From NCBI GenBank assembly GCA_032718475.1, contig JAUCBJ010000583.1, positions 1 through 43,255 of the forward strand: a stretch of DNA of 43,255 bases. The letters run 5' to 3'. The translations under genes were made by a program, and so were the position numbers. The notes below the pieces were generated by a model. That model was given only the letters and a program-made list of their open reading frames with translations. It had not been told where the DNA came from and did no database searches. Shown here in pieces: positions 22,259-33,781 of the stretch; the first letter of the stretch is position 1; each line of letters begins with the position of its first letter. This stretch comes from Nemertoderma westbladi. Lineage: Eukaryota; Animalia; Xenacoelomorpha.

Positions 22259-22737
22259 GAATACAGTGTCCTTATTCAGGTACCTGCCCCCCCCCCGTCC
22301 CCCAAAATTTTTTTTCTACAAATCTTAATGAGATTGCTTGAAATTTGAAACAGAGATAGTTTCACTTCCCTCCTCCTTGCTGGGTGAGCCAGAATTTTTA
22401 GTTTTGCTTTCATTCTTTAGCTACAAGCGTTTGAAAAAGGTGTCTCCAGCGATATTACACCAGTTCACCGCAGTTATTCATCAATATTATAGTGTTTTGT
22501 TGGTACTGATAGAAAGCTGACCGTGCAAGGATTCCAAATTATAACACAATTTGAATTTTATAGCAAAACACTGTAGCTGAGATATCAGCGCTTAAAACGT
22601 GCATGGTTTTGCATATGAGCGAGGCTATTTTATTCAATTTATTAAATAAATACACCATATTCTGGAATATTTCGTTTATCCCTTACGTAGCTTGGCAACA
22701 ATGCAATACCTCTCTCTATAATCAAGGCCATCGTAAT
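22259..22737. repeat. Left arm of a large inverted repeat; mates at ~25865-26500
   Basis: GCATGGTTTTGCATATGAGCGAGGCTATTTTATTC...ATTAAATAAATACA.CATATTCTGGAA and TTTCTACAAATCTT.AT...ATTGCTTGAAATTTGAAACA match the reverse complements of ~25930-26030 and ~26430-26490. Confidence 0.8.
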
Positions 22738-22742
22738 CGTAA

Positions 22743-24092
22743 GGCTATGTATACACCAGTGTTAACGTGTCACTGTTGACGGATTTTATTTTATATATTC
22801 GTGTTGTCCTAAGTTCTCAGTTCTAGAACAACTGTGATGTGGCGAAAATAGCGTAATTGTATACTATATAGTACACAAGTTTGGAATTTTTCCGGGAAGT
22901 CGGGGCACCACAGTTCCACATGTGGTACCAGTAATAGTAGTACAATTATTTAAACAATCAATTATCTAAGTACCCGAACTAATGCAATAAAGAGAATATA
23001 TAATATTTAATCCTTGAAAACGTGTATGTTTAATAATAGAAGAAGACGAGTTAGGAATCGGCCTAGGATATGGGTAAGATATCTTTTCTTGCATAGAGAA
23101 CATCTTGGGGAATTTGCCAGGACTTTTGCCCATTTAATGGATAATAAAGAGGATGAGTTGTTCTTCAATTACGCTCAAAATTTTACCAAAACATAGTTGT
23201 TGTACCAAACTAACCTTTTCTTGGGGTTTTAATTTACTATCAACATAAATCCACACTTGCGCTCTTTGCTCCTTATGTTTATAATCGTTATGACAACATC
23301 CCACAACAATGGATTATTACGAACAATTTCTATAAGTTCATGCTAATAATCATCCATCTTACCAAAAGTATAAAGTATCCAAGTAAAAAATTAATAAATC
23401 ATCATTTTATTTATTTAATTTATTTCATAGAAACTCCATCCTAGTATTAAAATAAACTCGCATTAACAGATTGCAATTTATAAATAAAATATAAAATTAA
23501 TATTTAATTAATCCCTCTATTAATTAATTATTATTACTACAAATTAGAGTATAGAATCTCTAAATATCTATGAAAGATTTCACGTTTTATTTAATTTGTT
23601 TTATTTTGAAGTGTTGGCGTTTTAGAAATAATGAACATGCTCATTCCTCAAATAAAAACACATTACCCGCCAACGCGTGACACGTAAACGTCAACACACC
23701 AACACAAAACCACCAACATTTAAAACGGTATATGCATATCCAATGTTATGTTAATAAGTGTTGGCGTTTTAGAATTAATGCACACCATGAAAAAGTGACG
23801 CGTAAACCGTCAACCGTGACACATCAACACTGGTGTATTCCCGCCAAATGAAAACAGGTTGTTCATATTTCGCACTGTTGTGTCCCTGGGCAAGACACTT
23901 TAGACATTAGTGCCTACGCCAACCCAGCGGTATAATGGGAACCTGGCTCCGCTGGGGTAATGATAATACAAGCGCTTTGAGTATGCTGAGCGTAGAAAAG
24001 CGCTATATAAATAACCAATATTATTATTATTATTTCAAATTTCACGCGTAAACCGTCAACCGTGACACGCCAACACTGGTGTATACGCAGCC
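22743..24092. mobile_element. Internally deleted PIF/Harbinger transposon
   Basis: TIRs GGCTATGTATACACCAGTGTT / AACACTGGTGTATACGCAGCC with a TAA target duplication on both sides. The plus strand encodes a Harbinger transposase N-terminus (RIWVRYLFLHREHLGEF...DELFFNYA, 23040-23190). The minus strand encodes a broken MADF/Myb domain (ELIEIVRNNPLLWD../HNDYKHKEQRAQVW, ~23358-23210). Confidence 0.88.
23870..24034 (+). mobile_element. 5'-truncated SINE with an L2/CR1-type tail, inserted in the Harbinger element
   Basis: Core GTTGTGTCCCTGGGCAAGACACTTTA, tail AAGCGCTTTGAG...AAAGCGCTATATAAAT, then (ATT)n. Confidence 0.7.
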
Positions 24093-24205
24093 TAAGGCCA
24101 TCTAATTATCTCCTTAATTCTGGACCATTATTGTTTCCTAACAGTAATAATAGTAATTAGTATTAGTAATGTTAATAAATAATCAATCACACTAGGCCTA
24201 CATAG

Positions 24206-24767
24206 TCGCTTAAGGGTAAAATATGGCAAAATCGTTAATTGCCGGACAAAAGCATGAAAATGTCCCTATAGGCCCTATATGTAAAAAAATTGATTAACGA
24301 TTGTATTTCCCTCTATAAGTACTGTAATTAGTCTCTTTTACTGTTTATTTATTGATTTCAGTGATTAAGTCACGGTACATATTGTCGATTAAGTATATTC
24401 CATTTTACAGGGATTAAAATAAACAATTCAATTCAGACTTGTGGCGGCCACCTTTGTCTGCCTTATATGACTGAACTAAAATTAATAAATCTACACCTTG
24501 CAAGCGAAATAGTAAAAATTGTTCCAAGTAGTTTTTATAGATTGATAAACATACTGTATATCAATCATGTCTTGCGACTGTATAAACAACACATTATCCT
24601 CATAAAGCCAAAAGTGCAATATTTTTAAAAATCACCTTCTGTTACTATGGAAACTTGCACCACAGCGCCAATATAACTACTAACAATCTTTACATAATTT
24701 TACATACTGTATATAGTGACATTTTCATACTTTTGTCCGGCAATTAACGATTTTCACCTTAAGCGAC
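24206..24767. mobile_element. MITE (~560 bp) with ~55-bp TIRs
   Basis: GTCGCTTAAGG...AAAATCGTTAATTGCCGGACAAAAG(C/T)ATGAAAATGTC(C/A)CTATA at both ends in inverted orientation. Confidence 0.8.
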
Positions 24768-24870
24768 CCCACTAACATTCATATCGGAATATTAAATGAA
24801 ATACATGGGTAGCTATTATATTATTCAAAAATAAGTAGGACTTCGAGGGGGTGAGCAGGCCTTGTAAAAC

Positions 24871-25879
24871 CAAGGCCATCGTAATACAAGGCCTGCTCAG
24901 TGCTCACCCCCTCGATCAGCTGATCAAAGAAGTTTGATATTTATTATTGATTTATTATTTGACATTATTGATGAAAGTAGAGATGAAAATGCGTGTAAGA
25001 AGTGTATTTTCAATGCACAACAATGGTAATTAAAAATAAATTATCTGTTCGGACCACGAGCTGCATCAGCCCCATTAGATTCAGTTTTGATTGCTAGACA
25101 AGGGGGGAACTTGACGCCAATCCCATCTTCAGCAGCAGGCTCAAGGGCACGCTATTCTAACCAAAACAATTAAAATATAACAAGCTATAACAATGTTGCG
25201 GATACATAATAATTCACTTTACTACGCTTTATCTCCTAGTGAGTCATCCTTCCTCTACACACCGACACCATCTAGCCACATGATCGCCACGCAGAGGGGT
25301 ATGTATCGACGGTCCGAATGAGACGAAGGTCCGAAAGGGGTCAGTGGTCATCATGGGCGCTTTTTTTAGACCTTCGTCCCATTCGGAACCTCTTGCAGCC
25401 AGTTACAACGAGTTTCAGTGAAGTAAAGCGAATTGTAGGCCCCGTGAAACAGCCACCAAAACACAAGCTAAACATAAAAACGCTGAATGTACAATGCTCC
25501 TAGAGTTTGATATCAGAAATTTGTTAATCATTCTATATCTCTCCTAATTATAATTAGGAATAAGACTAAGTTTTTTTTAAGTAAAACACGGCAAAGATAG
25601 GTGGAATATTTAAGGGTAATTAAAGGGGTGGGCCTAACATGCGAAATTCCAAGCATAACAAACAAAACTGACACAAAGCATCGTAATGCTCAGCCTTTCT
25701 TCTTCAATTTGATATATTATATGATTAATTATGTTTTCGTCAGCTCGAGTAACACAACTTTGAAATATTGGTATTTTACCCTTCAGCAATAAGAAAATAC
25801 CAAAAAGTATGAGTTGTTATATCAGCTGATCGAGGTATTCTAGAAAGTAGTGAGCAGGCCTGGTATTACGATGGCCTTG
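24871..25879. mobile_element. Non-autonomous TIR element (~1 kb)
   Basis: TIR CAAGGCCATCGTAATAC(A/C)AGGCCTGCTCA at both ends, plus subterminal TCGATCAGCTGAT / ATCAGCTGATCGA. Another CAAGGCCATCGTAAT copy at 22723. Confidence 0.7.
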
Positions 25880-26625
25880 CTATAATACTATAATCATCAT
25901 ACTATTACGTAGCTACTCATGCATTAACAAAATGTTCCAGAATATGTTGTATTTATTTAATAGAATAAAATAGCCTCGCTCATATGCATAACCATGCAAG
26001 TTGTAAACGCTCATAAATCTCAGCTATTTTACGACGAAATTTAGATTGTGTAATGGGGGGGGGGGGGGGGGGGCATGTAACCGAATAAAGATACTATATT
26101 TTTTATTTTAATATATTATGTCCATGGCCTGGTATGCCTATACAAAATCTATATTCATACTAACATATACAAAATGTTCCAGAACATTGTGTAACGATAA
26201 TTCTTGCAATCATTGAATTGAACACCTACATCTCAGCTGTTTCTAAACGAAATTCAAACATTGATGACATATTTGAAATCCTTGCAACGCGAACTTTCCA
26301 ATGATATTAAAATTACTTACGACTAATGTGAAAAATGGCGGCGAAACGGAGGGTTCGATTTCGCAAAAGACACTTTGAAAATTAAACATCAATTGAAAAT
26401 TCCGGCTTCATGGTAACAACAACGGCGAGTTAAACTATTTGTGTTTCAAATTTCAAGCAATATGATCAAGATTTGTAGAAAAATTGGGGGGGGGATCCGG
26501 TCCGTGTCATTAGAAAATGACACTATATTACATACGGGTCATGGTTTCATATACTTTAGTTATATATTTATGTTATAAATTCACCGGAGGTCAAAAGTAA
26601 AACCAATATGGAAAAACTTCCTCTA

Positions 26626-28170
26626 TTACAAATAATTCCAGTTCTTCCTTCGCCCTTTGGAAGATAATCCCAGCTTGTCTTTCAATCTACGCCGTGCACG
26701 TTGTTTACTAATAGTTCTAGAACTAGTATTATCTTTAGTCGGTTTTCCAACTATTCTAGAACTATTAATAGTACCAACACCCCTATTGCTTTTATTATTA
26801 CTATAATTTTTCATAGACTTTCCCATTTTACCTACAATCTTTTCGTTGGACTTTACTGGCTTCCGATAGCCTCTATCCCCGATCCGAAACCCATGCTCCC
26901 CTCGTTCCCCGTCAATCTCCCTGTAAACATCGCGTCTCTTAAATAAATCTAACTGATTCCACTTAATATCGGCTTCCCTCCTCGCCACATTGACTTCGAC
27001 CACGTGCTCCAGGACCGCTTCATCAACATTCACCTCCTTCAGCTTCACCCCGACGTATTGCTCTATAGCGAGAACCAAGGCCACGTCGTACTGTGTTACC
27101 AAGGATACAGCGTACCCGGGCCGCCCCGCCCGTGCAGTCCTACCAACGCGATGTACGTAATCCTTAGCGACGCGAGGTACGTTGTGATTGACGACCAAAT
27201 GAACCGCGGGGATGTCCAACCCACGACTAGCGACGTCCGTGGCCACTAGAACCCGAGCGGAACCCGCCTTAAATCGCGACAGCGAGTTCAACCGCTCCCG
27301 TTGCGGCAGTAGCGAGTGCAGCGGGACGCACGAGAAATTAAACTGCCGGAGCATAAGATGGATGACATGACATTGGCGACAGGATTTAGTGAATATGAGC
27401 ACGGAATGGTCAGGATGTTCCTCCCTCAGTTTATCAAGGATGTGAACCAAATAGGCATCTTTAACAATCGCGGGAGTCAGAATGTATTTCTGTTCGAGTC
27501 CTGCTACCGTAGCCACCGAGGTGTCGCTTCCAGTCTCCTGTTGTTGCCACAGAAACGGGTCGCCCTTAGCAACCTCGATTAAGCGTTCCACACTCCCCGA
27601 GAGCGTGGCAGTGTACACGAGAGTTTGTCTCGCAGTCGGAATCGCCTCGAACACAGCGGAGAGTGCGTCGACGAAACTCTCGTTGAGCAGACGGTCGGCT
27701 TCGTCGAGAACAAAATATTTCAATCGTTTGAAGGAAAGACCGCTGGTGGAGCGAATGTGGTCGGCTATTCTACCGGGTGTTGCTATAACGACATGGGGTC
27801 TTAACGACAAGGAGGCGCTCTGGTCCTGCATGCTGAGTCCGCCGATGAGGAGGCTGATGCGGAGGTTGAGAGGAGCCCCTAGGTAGCGGAACTGGTCCGC
27901 TATCTGGACGGCAAGTTCCCGCGTTGGAGTTACAACGAGCGAATGAATCCCGAATGGGTCGGATCCGATCGATTGTAGTATGGGGATCGCGAAAGAGAGA
28001 GTCTTACCCGTACCGGTACGCGAACTCGCCAGTACGTCTCTCCCGGAGAGACTAGGAGGGATGCAGGCGGTTTGTACAGACGTTGGAGAGGAAATACTCA
28101 TAGTGTTTAACTGATCAACGATCCATTTACTCACTCCCAAAGAGAGAAATTGGTTCCTCTCTCGTTCCAT
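26626..28170 (-). CDS. DDX49: DEAD-box RNA helicase DDX49/DBP8 (18S rRNA biogenesis), intronless
   Basis: Q motif (F..LG...PTSVQTACIP), GTGKT, family-typical DPFGIHSLVVTPTRELAVQIADQF, TPGR, DEAD, TAT, ATDVASRGLDIP, YVHRVGRTARAG and a basic C-terminal tail. First ATG (MERERNQF) at 28170. Confidence 0.92.
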   Translation of the reverse strand: MERERNQFLSLGVSKWIVDQLNTMSISSPTSVQTACIPPSLSGRDVLASSRTGTGKTLSFAIPILQSIGSDPFGIHSLVVTPTRELAVQIADQFRYLGAPLNLRISLLIGGLSMQDQSASLSLRPHVVIATPGRIADHIRSTSGLSFKRLKYFVLDEADRLLNESFVDALSAVFEAIPTARQTLVYTATLSGSVERLIEVAKGDPFLWQQQETGSDTSVATVAGLEQKYILTPAIVKDAYLVHILDKLREEHPDHSVLIFTKSCRQCHVIHLMLRQFNFSCVPLHSLLPQRERLNSLSRFKAGSARVLVATDVASRGLDIPAVHLVVNHNVPRVAKDYVHRVGRTARAGRPGYAVSLVTQYDVALVLAIEQYVGVKLKEVNVDEAVLEHVVEVNVARREADIKWNQLDLFKRRDVYREIDGERGEHGFRIGDRGYRKPVKSNEKIVGKMGKSMKNYSNNKSNRGVGTINSSRIVGKPTKDNTSSRTISKQRARRRLKDKLGLSSKGRRKNWNYL

Positions 28171-28789
28171 TATCAACTGAAAAGTGATCAATGGGCTGGG
28201 CAAGGCTGGGAACTAGTTAGTTAATCTGGAACTCAATAATTAAAACTGTTGGTATAATTACTTTGGGGAGCTTTGTATGAAACACTTTTATATATCTGTC
28301 TGTATATACCGCTTATTTTATGAAACACTTTAAATTACAATTTTTTGTCATGTAACACACGTCATAAACCGAATGAGGAAAAGGAGCAGGTTACAGAGGC
28401 GGCTTTTCTAACCAAAACAATAAACGACCACTTTACAGAATGACAAAACGGTTGAACCAACGGTCCCCAAAGTAACAAGACCAAAACTGTAGCGAACCGA
28501 TGTGAAATTGTGTATATCAAAACTGTAAAGGAGAGGATAGCAAAAAATACTGAAATATTACGAATTATGCACATTGATAAATCTACTACACAGGCTGACC
28601 GGTAGTAAAATATAATCAAATAAAGAAAACAAAAATGTTACCGGTATTGTTATAAGATTACTTTGCAATTCGCTAATTCTTTAACATTTATTGTGTATTG
28701 CGGTAAACCTGCACATTTAACTGACTAGTACAGTAGTACTACAGTAGTACAGTATTAGTATAATTAGCGTCGTTAGATTCCAGTCCTGT

Positions 28790-29272
28790 GACATTAGCAT
28801 TACATCATTAGATCATGTGGTGTCATATCATGATGTTGTTAAGAGAAAGGAGCTACAACAATGACATGTTCTGGTGTTGTTTACGTTAAGTCATGGGCTG
28901 TCCACCATGCTTATTCACTCCATGAGGCTGCCAAAGTACAAGATTATGCACTGGCTGGTCCTCACGGCGAAAGCAATGTCCTGCAAAGCGGAGGCGATTT
29001 TGTTCTAGTGTCAAGCTTGGGGGAACCAATGAGACACCTCCAATGTTATATAGTGTCTGGTTGGGGATGTGTGCATTGTACTTGACACAATGAACCCGGC
29101 GTAGCATTCTTGTGAATGTGCCATCCAGAGATTTGGTGTCCTCAGCAGTTAGAGCCCAGCATGGACTCCCATAGAGGAGTACTGGAACTACTGCTGCTCT
29201 AAAGAATCGGACCTTAAGTTTCCGATTAATTCTCGGTGACTTCCAAATCCTGGAAAGCCTATTCATGTCCGA
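28790..29272 (-). mobile_element. 3' end of an RTE-like LINE (post-RT C-terminal region)
   Basis: LSRIWKS..INRKLKVRFFRAAVVPVLLYGSPCWALT...LDGTFTRMLRR...RLRFAGHCFRR, typical of RTE-type ORF2 C-termini. Confidence 0.85.
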
Positions 29273-29274
29273 CG

Positions 29275-29690
29275 GAAGGGACTGGAGCACGGGGTGAGCA
29301 GGATTGCAGATTGTTGACTCTGGCACCAGCGAGGCCAGATTGTGAGGGGGAGAGGGATTCTGGAGTTGGAGTCTACTCTCATGTTCCATCCCGACCCGAC
29401 AAACAAAGCCATTGGTGAATCTGAGGTAAGTCACTAGACTAGCCTCAGTAAACAAACACCCCTACACTCGGGTCCCCAATGCGACAAGGTGAGCTGACTG
29501 CCTTGGCAGATAAGCTTTCTCTTAGCGCAGTGGGTGTTCAAGAGCACCAAATGCAGACTGGACAGACTGACAGGTTCTGTTTAAGGACATGGGGGGCGGT
29601 TGGCGACTCGCCCTCGCATCAGCAGGTGATAGTGGCAATGGTGGAATTGGTCTATATTGATGAATCCAACTGCACATGCAGCATTGGACA
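29275..29690 (+). mobile_element. 5' fragment (APE endonuclease N-terminus) of an RTE-like LINE, inverted relative to the adjacent 3' fragment
   Basis: With frameshifts, reads VTRLASVN..TL...RQGELTALADKLSLSAVGVQEH...GGGWRLALASAGDSGNGGIGL, the first APE motifs (N, QE, GGVG). Confidence 0.7.
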
Positions 29691-29799
29691 AAATAGACCA
29701 AATCTCTACTTTGCTCTTGTTTTGTGAATTGATGGATTAAAAATTGTCGCAGTTGAACGCGAAGATATCACTTGTTTGAGCAACCGTTCCATCGAACAG

Positions 29800-29980
29800 A
29801 ACTTTCACTGTTTTGTTCTTCATTCAACTTACTGACTACGAGTCTCGAAATTTCTTTTTACGTTCTCTATCCGCTGACAAACTTTTTCATGTCTATCAGG
29901 GTCGCTCTTTAGACGCTGCCGATAGAGACGAGCTATCTCAGCACCAGTCAGCAACTTACGGGTTGGTTGTTGACTCATTA
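29800..29980 (-). pseudogene. Frameshifted basic N-terminal fragment of a probable DNA-transposon protein
   Basis: MSQQPTRKLLTGAEIARLYRQRLKSDPDRHEK/LSADRERKKKFRDS* resembles the AE.(Q/A)R.YR.R.K.DP N-termini of several transposon proteins. Family not determined. Confidence 0.3.
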
Positions 29981-31358
29981 AAGGTCTACCAAAAACTGAA
30001 ATGCAAATACTAAAACTACAAAATCTAAGGACTGAATAATACCATGATACATACTGGGTGAGTCCGTAACTCAATTTTACTCATCATGAGCAACAGCTGA
30101 TACAAATGTGACAAAACCTATGGACTTCATTGGTTGAAAATTTGAATTAAAATGAATCATACAGTAGGCTGATAAGTATATAAAAATATATAATAAACAT
30201 AAATAATAAACAAAATATTCCACATTACGATACATTTATGTTTTATAAAATAGTTATATATATTACATACATATTACAAATAAAACATATTTCTTCAATA
30301 TTATACAAAATTTCCCCATTAACTGAGTTTAAAATTCAACCCAGATGATGACATAATACTGGAATTAACCCGCTGTTTTTCTGCGTGTCCAATTTTAAAC
30401 GATAATAACTCGGCCAATCCTTGATGAAATCTAATCAAACTTGGTACTCTACACATGATGTTTTGCAAAAGTTTAGAAATTTTCCAAGTTATAGAATTTT
30501 TTATGTGTGTCCTTCAAGAAGCTAATACAAAAGCAGTTAATATTTATTATTTAATTGCGGTAAAAACAAGTTTTTTCAAGCCTGTCTTATAAAGGAAATT
30601 AATCATTTTATAGTACAAGATTTCAATAATTATACTTAAAAATTATACAGCTGTAATCCAAATACCCCATTTCATTATAGTTTTTAATTAGTTCAAGTGG
30701 TATGCTTTAAGGTGGGGCGGCATTTTAATTAAACTACAGTAGGCGAGAATGTTAAACGAGGCTTTGGGTAATCTAAATAAAATAAATTGAATACTGTACA
30801 AATCGATCTTATTATTATTGACATAGACAGCCTTTAATATATCGCCTTGTGTACCTTTACATCAATTCCTTAATACTTTCCACTGCCCACAGAGACAGGC
30901 GTTAGGAGAGCCTACAGTTACCACAGTCAGTCTATCAATTATAGTATGAAAACAATAAAATAGTAGGCCTAGGCCTACATGGGGTCTTATTCCCTCAGAT
31001 ATGGGTATTACCCATCACTTAGGTCCACTTGGGCCACGGTTAGTACTCAGGTACTACGCCCATTAAATAAATGAAATTTATGTACACGAATCCCGGGTTC
31101 AGCGTTTAAATCTCCGAAACCCTTTTATTTTTATAACATTTTTTACTTAGACTTTAATTTATTAAATTTAATTAATTTATTACCTTTTCTGCGGACAAAA
31201 CGTCCTATATTTTACTTAATTTATACATATACTGTATTTTTTTTCTACATTTTCGTTCAATGCTTATTATTATTGTAGGCCTACAAAGTTCAAACTTTCC
31301 GCATCTGTAATTGAAGACGATAAGGGATTCTGTTCTTGAGATTTGGCAGGTGAGTTAA

Positions 31359-31664
31359 GCACCATTTTCGTTAGCAAAAGTTGTATAAAAATTCCCAAAA
31401 GTTATATAAAAATTCGTAAAAGTTATATAAAAATTCGTAAAAGTTATATAAAAATTCATAAAAGTTGAATAAATAAAAAATTTATAAAAATTGAATGTCA
31501 AGGAAATATTATACAGTAGAACACAATAGGATAACATGTAAACTTCTATAAATATACCTTAAACTTTTATATACTGTAGCTTTTCGAATTTGTATATAAA
31601 TTTTAGGAATTTTTATATATCTTTTGTTGAGAATTTATACAAATTTTGCTAACGAAAATGGTGC
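31359..31664. mobile_element. Tourist/Harbinger-like MITE with an internal 21-bp tandem repeat
   Basis: TIR GCACCATTTTCGTTAGCAAAA.TTGTATAAA, TAA on both flanks, internal unit AAAAGTTATATAAAAATTCGT repeated about 4 times. Confidence 0.85.
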
Positions 31665-31903
31665 TAAAAGAAATAATATAAAAGGAAATAAAAGGAAAAA
31701 GAAAAAGGAAGAAGATCGGTCCACGCTAATTTCAACAATCCGCTCGCTGCATCGCATCACCTGTTACTGTATTTAGTACACCTTGATCCCACCCCAGCTT
31801 GCCAGCTAGACGATAACAATTGGATGAAACAAATTCTAAAAAAAATTTTCAATATTTTTTTTAATGTTTTTTATATATTATTCTAGAACAATAACAATTT
31901 GTC

Positions 31904-33781
31904 CTAGAAGTCCATGATTTCATATAAATGCTCCGGACTACTTCTAATTCCCATTCCTTTGGTATCTTTTTCGAAACGCGCCGTACGATCTCCAACCGGA
32001 AGATCTACATGATGGTTATTATTATACCTATCCACCATAAACCTAAAGGCATCTAAAACCTCTCCATTGTCCATGGTTGGAATTGCAGCACCTGTATCAT
32101 CTGCCTCCCATAGAGCCCGTAGATAAACCTGTGCAATTGCAGTGGCTGCCCTTTTGGCTTGAATAACTTCAGATGAGTAATGCTTCAAGTTGATGAAATA
32201 TTTCAAAAAATTATTCGCAAAATCTGAATCGAAGCAGATATGTTTGAATTTTTCGGGATTTTTATAAAATTGCTCCACCGTCTCTATACATGCTCTTTCA
32301 TTTGGAATTGGTTCCTCGAGTTTTAATTTATGCGGCGGATGTCTCTCGTCTGTCAACAGTACTTTCTCATCACGTGATGTTATATTGCCGAAGATCTCAG
32401 TGGGGCCATTCTGCTGGAGTTGATTAGAAACGAATATCTCGAGTGTTATCCACCCACCACATTGACCAATACTTCTTCCTCCCATTTTGTCCTTGATTTC
32501 TGGCAATTTGGGGGCGTCCTTAGTATGTCGGATGTCATTAGGTATTAGGTATTGGGTATCATTTACAAAGCCAGTGTCTGACATCGTGTTTTGGATATTG
32601 TTTGGTTGTCCCGTTTTTATATTTCGATGGAATCCCCACCGCGGCGGCTTAGGTAGAAGTCGAAACACCTTTCTGATTCTTTCCTTCATTAGTTTTGGTT
32701 CTTTTTCCTCACGTTTGTAATTCATATATTGCTCGAGCCAGTCCACTATGGATTCGCACTCTCCACTCGGTGAAAACTTAAGTTTTACAGGTTCTGGAAC
32801 ATCTAAAGCTTTACGAATATGATTGTCAAATAATATGCACAATGGATTATAAGTATCAAATTCCGTATAAATTCGTTTATCATTATTTTTAAGTTTATTA
32901 GTATTTTTGTTTTTTAATTTTTCGATATGGCATGTGTGCTTATCTACCCGAATGTGATCTTCAAAACATAGGACAATTATGTTACAAACCATTTGTCGGT
33001 TTCGTTTATCGTGTGCTTCACTTCCAAGGGGAAGTTTGTTATTGTCTTTAATGTTATCAAGAAACGTTGTTTTTATTTCTGAACAATCAACTTTTTTGAG
33101 TTTATCTTGATACAGGTCATAATAACCAAAGCCAAATATTTCGATCCAGTTTACTGCAGCCAGAAGTAGATTAGGTACTGGATCCTTATGGTTTTTGTGC
33201 ATGAGATCCAGGTTAAACAATGTTCCATCTTTATTTATGCCACATTTATTAAACCTTAAGCTGCGAGGAACATTGGCTGTCTGCTTGGAGAATCTCCATT
33301 TAACTGTATTTGTCAATTCAGTCAATACCTTAACAATTTTCAAATATGCTTCATCTTTTGTATTTTTAAAATAAAACACCAATTCTATTTTTTTCCACGT
33401 ATCTCCTTTTTCATACCCAAAAACTATAATCTTGTGTTTTTTGTTTTGGAAAGCTATTGGTATTGTGCATTTATATTCACCCCAGATACCTTTTATCTGG
33501 TCATTGTGTAACTGGATTTGAAAGGTTTTTTGGTGCAGTTCTACATCTACATGGTGGTCACCTGTTGTATCATTTTCACTGAGTTTCAATGCAATGTTCT
33601 CAAATAATGTGTAATTGTTATCTTTACGAATTATTATTCCTGCAACTGGTTCGTATGTACTGCATGTGGCTGGGTGTGGCATAGCTTGCAATGCCTTTCG
33701 TTCTTTCTTATTTATGCACTCCATTCCCCCTTGTTTAAACACACGGGTTGAAATAATGAATTTCACCGAATAATAATTCAT
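31904..33781 (-). CDS. Orphan intronless 625-aa protein; possible PH-like domain followed by a divergent, split RhoGAP-like fold
   Basis: A long clean ORF in AT-rich DNA supports coding status. LFNLDL...PVPNLLLAAVNWIEIFGFGYYDLYQ and FLKYFINLKHYSSEV...AATAIAQVYLRALW...VLDAFRFMVDRY resemble the start and end of RhoGAP domains. This domain call is by eye only. Confidence 0.7.
   Translation of the reverse strand: MNYYSVKFIISTRVFKQGGMECINKKERKALQAMPHPATCSTYEPVAGIIIRKDNNYTLFENIALKLSENDTTGDHHVDVELHQKTFQIQLHNDQIKGIWGEYKCTIPIAFQNKKHKIIVFGYEKGDTWKKIELVFYFKNTKDEAYLKIVKVLTELTNTVKWRFSKQTANVPRSLRFNKCGINKDGTLFNLDLMHKNHKDPVPNLLLAAVNWIEIFGFGYYDLYQDKLKKVDCSEIKTTFLDNIKDNNKLPLGSEAHDKRNRQMVCNIIVLCFEDHIRVDKHTCHIEKLKNKNTNKLKNNDKRIYTEFDTYNPLCILFDNHIRKALDVPEPVKLKFSPSGECESIVDWLEQYMNYKREEKEPKLMKERIRKVFRLLPKPPRWGFHRNIKTGQPNNIQNTMSDTGFVNDTQYLIPNDIRHTKDAPKLPEIKDKMGGRSIGQCGGWITLEIFVSNQLQQNGPTEIFGNITSRDEKVLLTDERHPPHKLKLEEPIPNERACIETVEQFYKNPEKFKHICFDSDFANNFLKYFINLKHYSSEVIQAKRAATAIAQVYLRALWEADDTGAAIPTMDNGEVLDAFRFMVDRYNNNHHVDLPVGDRTARFEKDTKGMGIRSSPEHLYEIMDF

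Noticed and set aside
25312-25387. Hammerhead-like CGAATGA-GAC-gaag-GTC-CGAAA
   Set aside because: The core lacks CUGA and has an extra base before GAAA. The sequence is better explained as one arm of a small DNA inverted repeat.
26701-27886. Plus-strand ORFs inside DDX49
   Set aside because: Antisense shadows of a GC-rich coding sequence.
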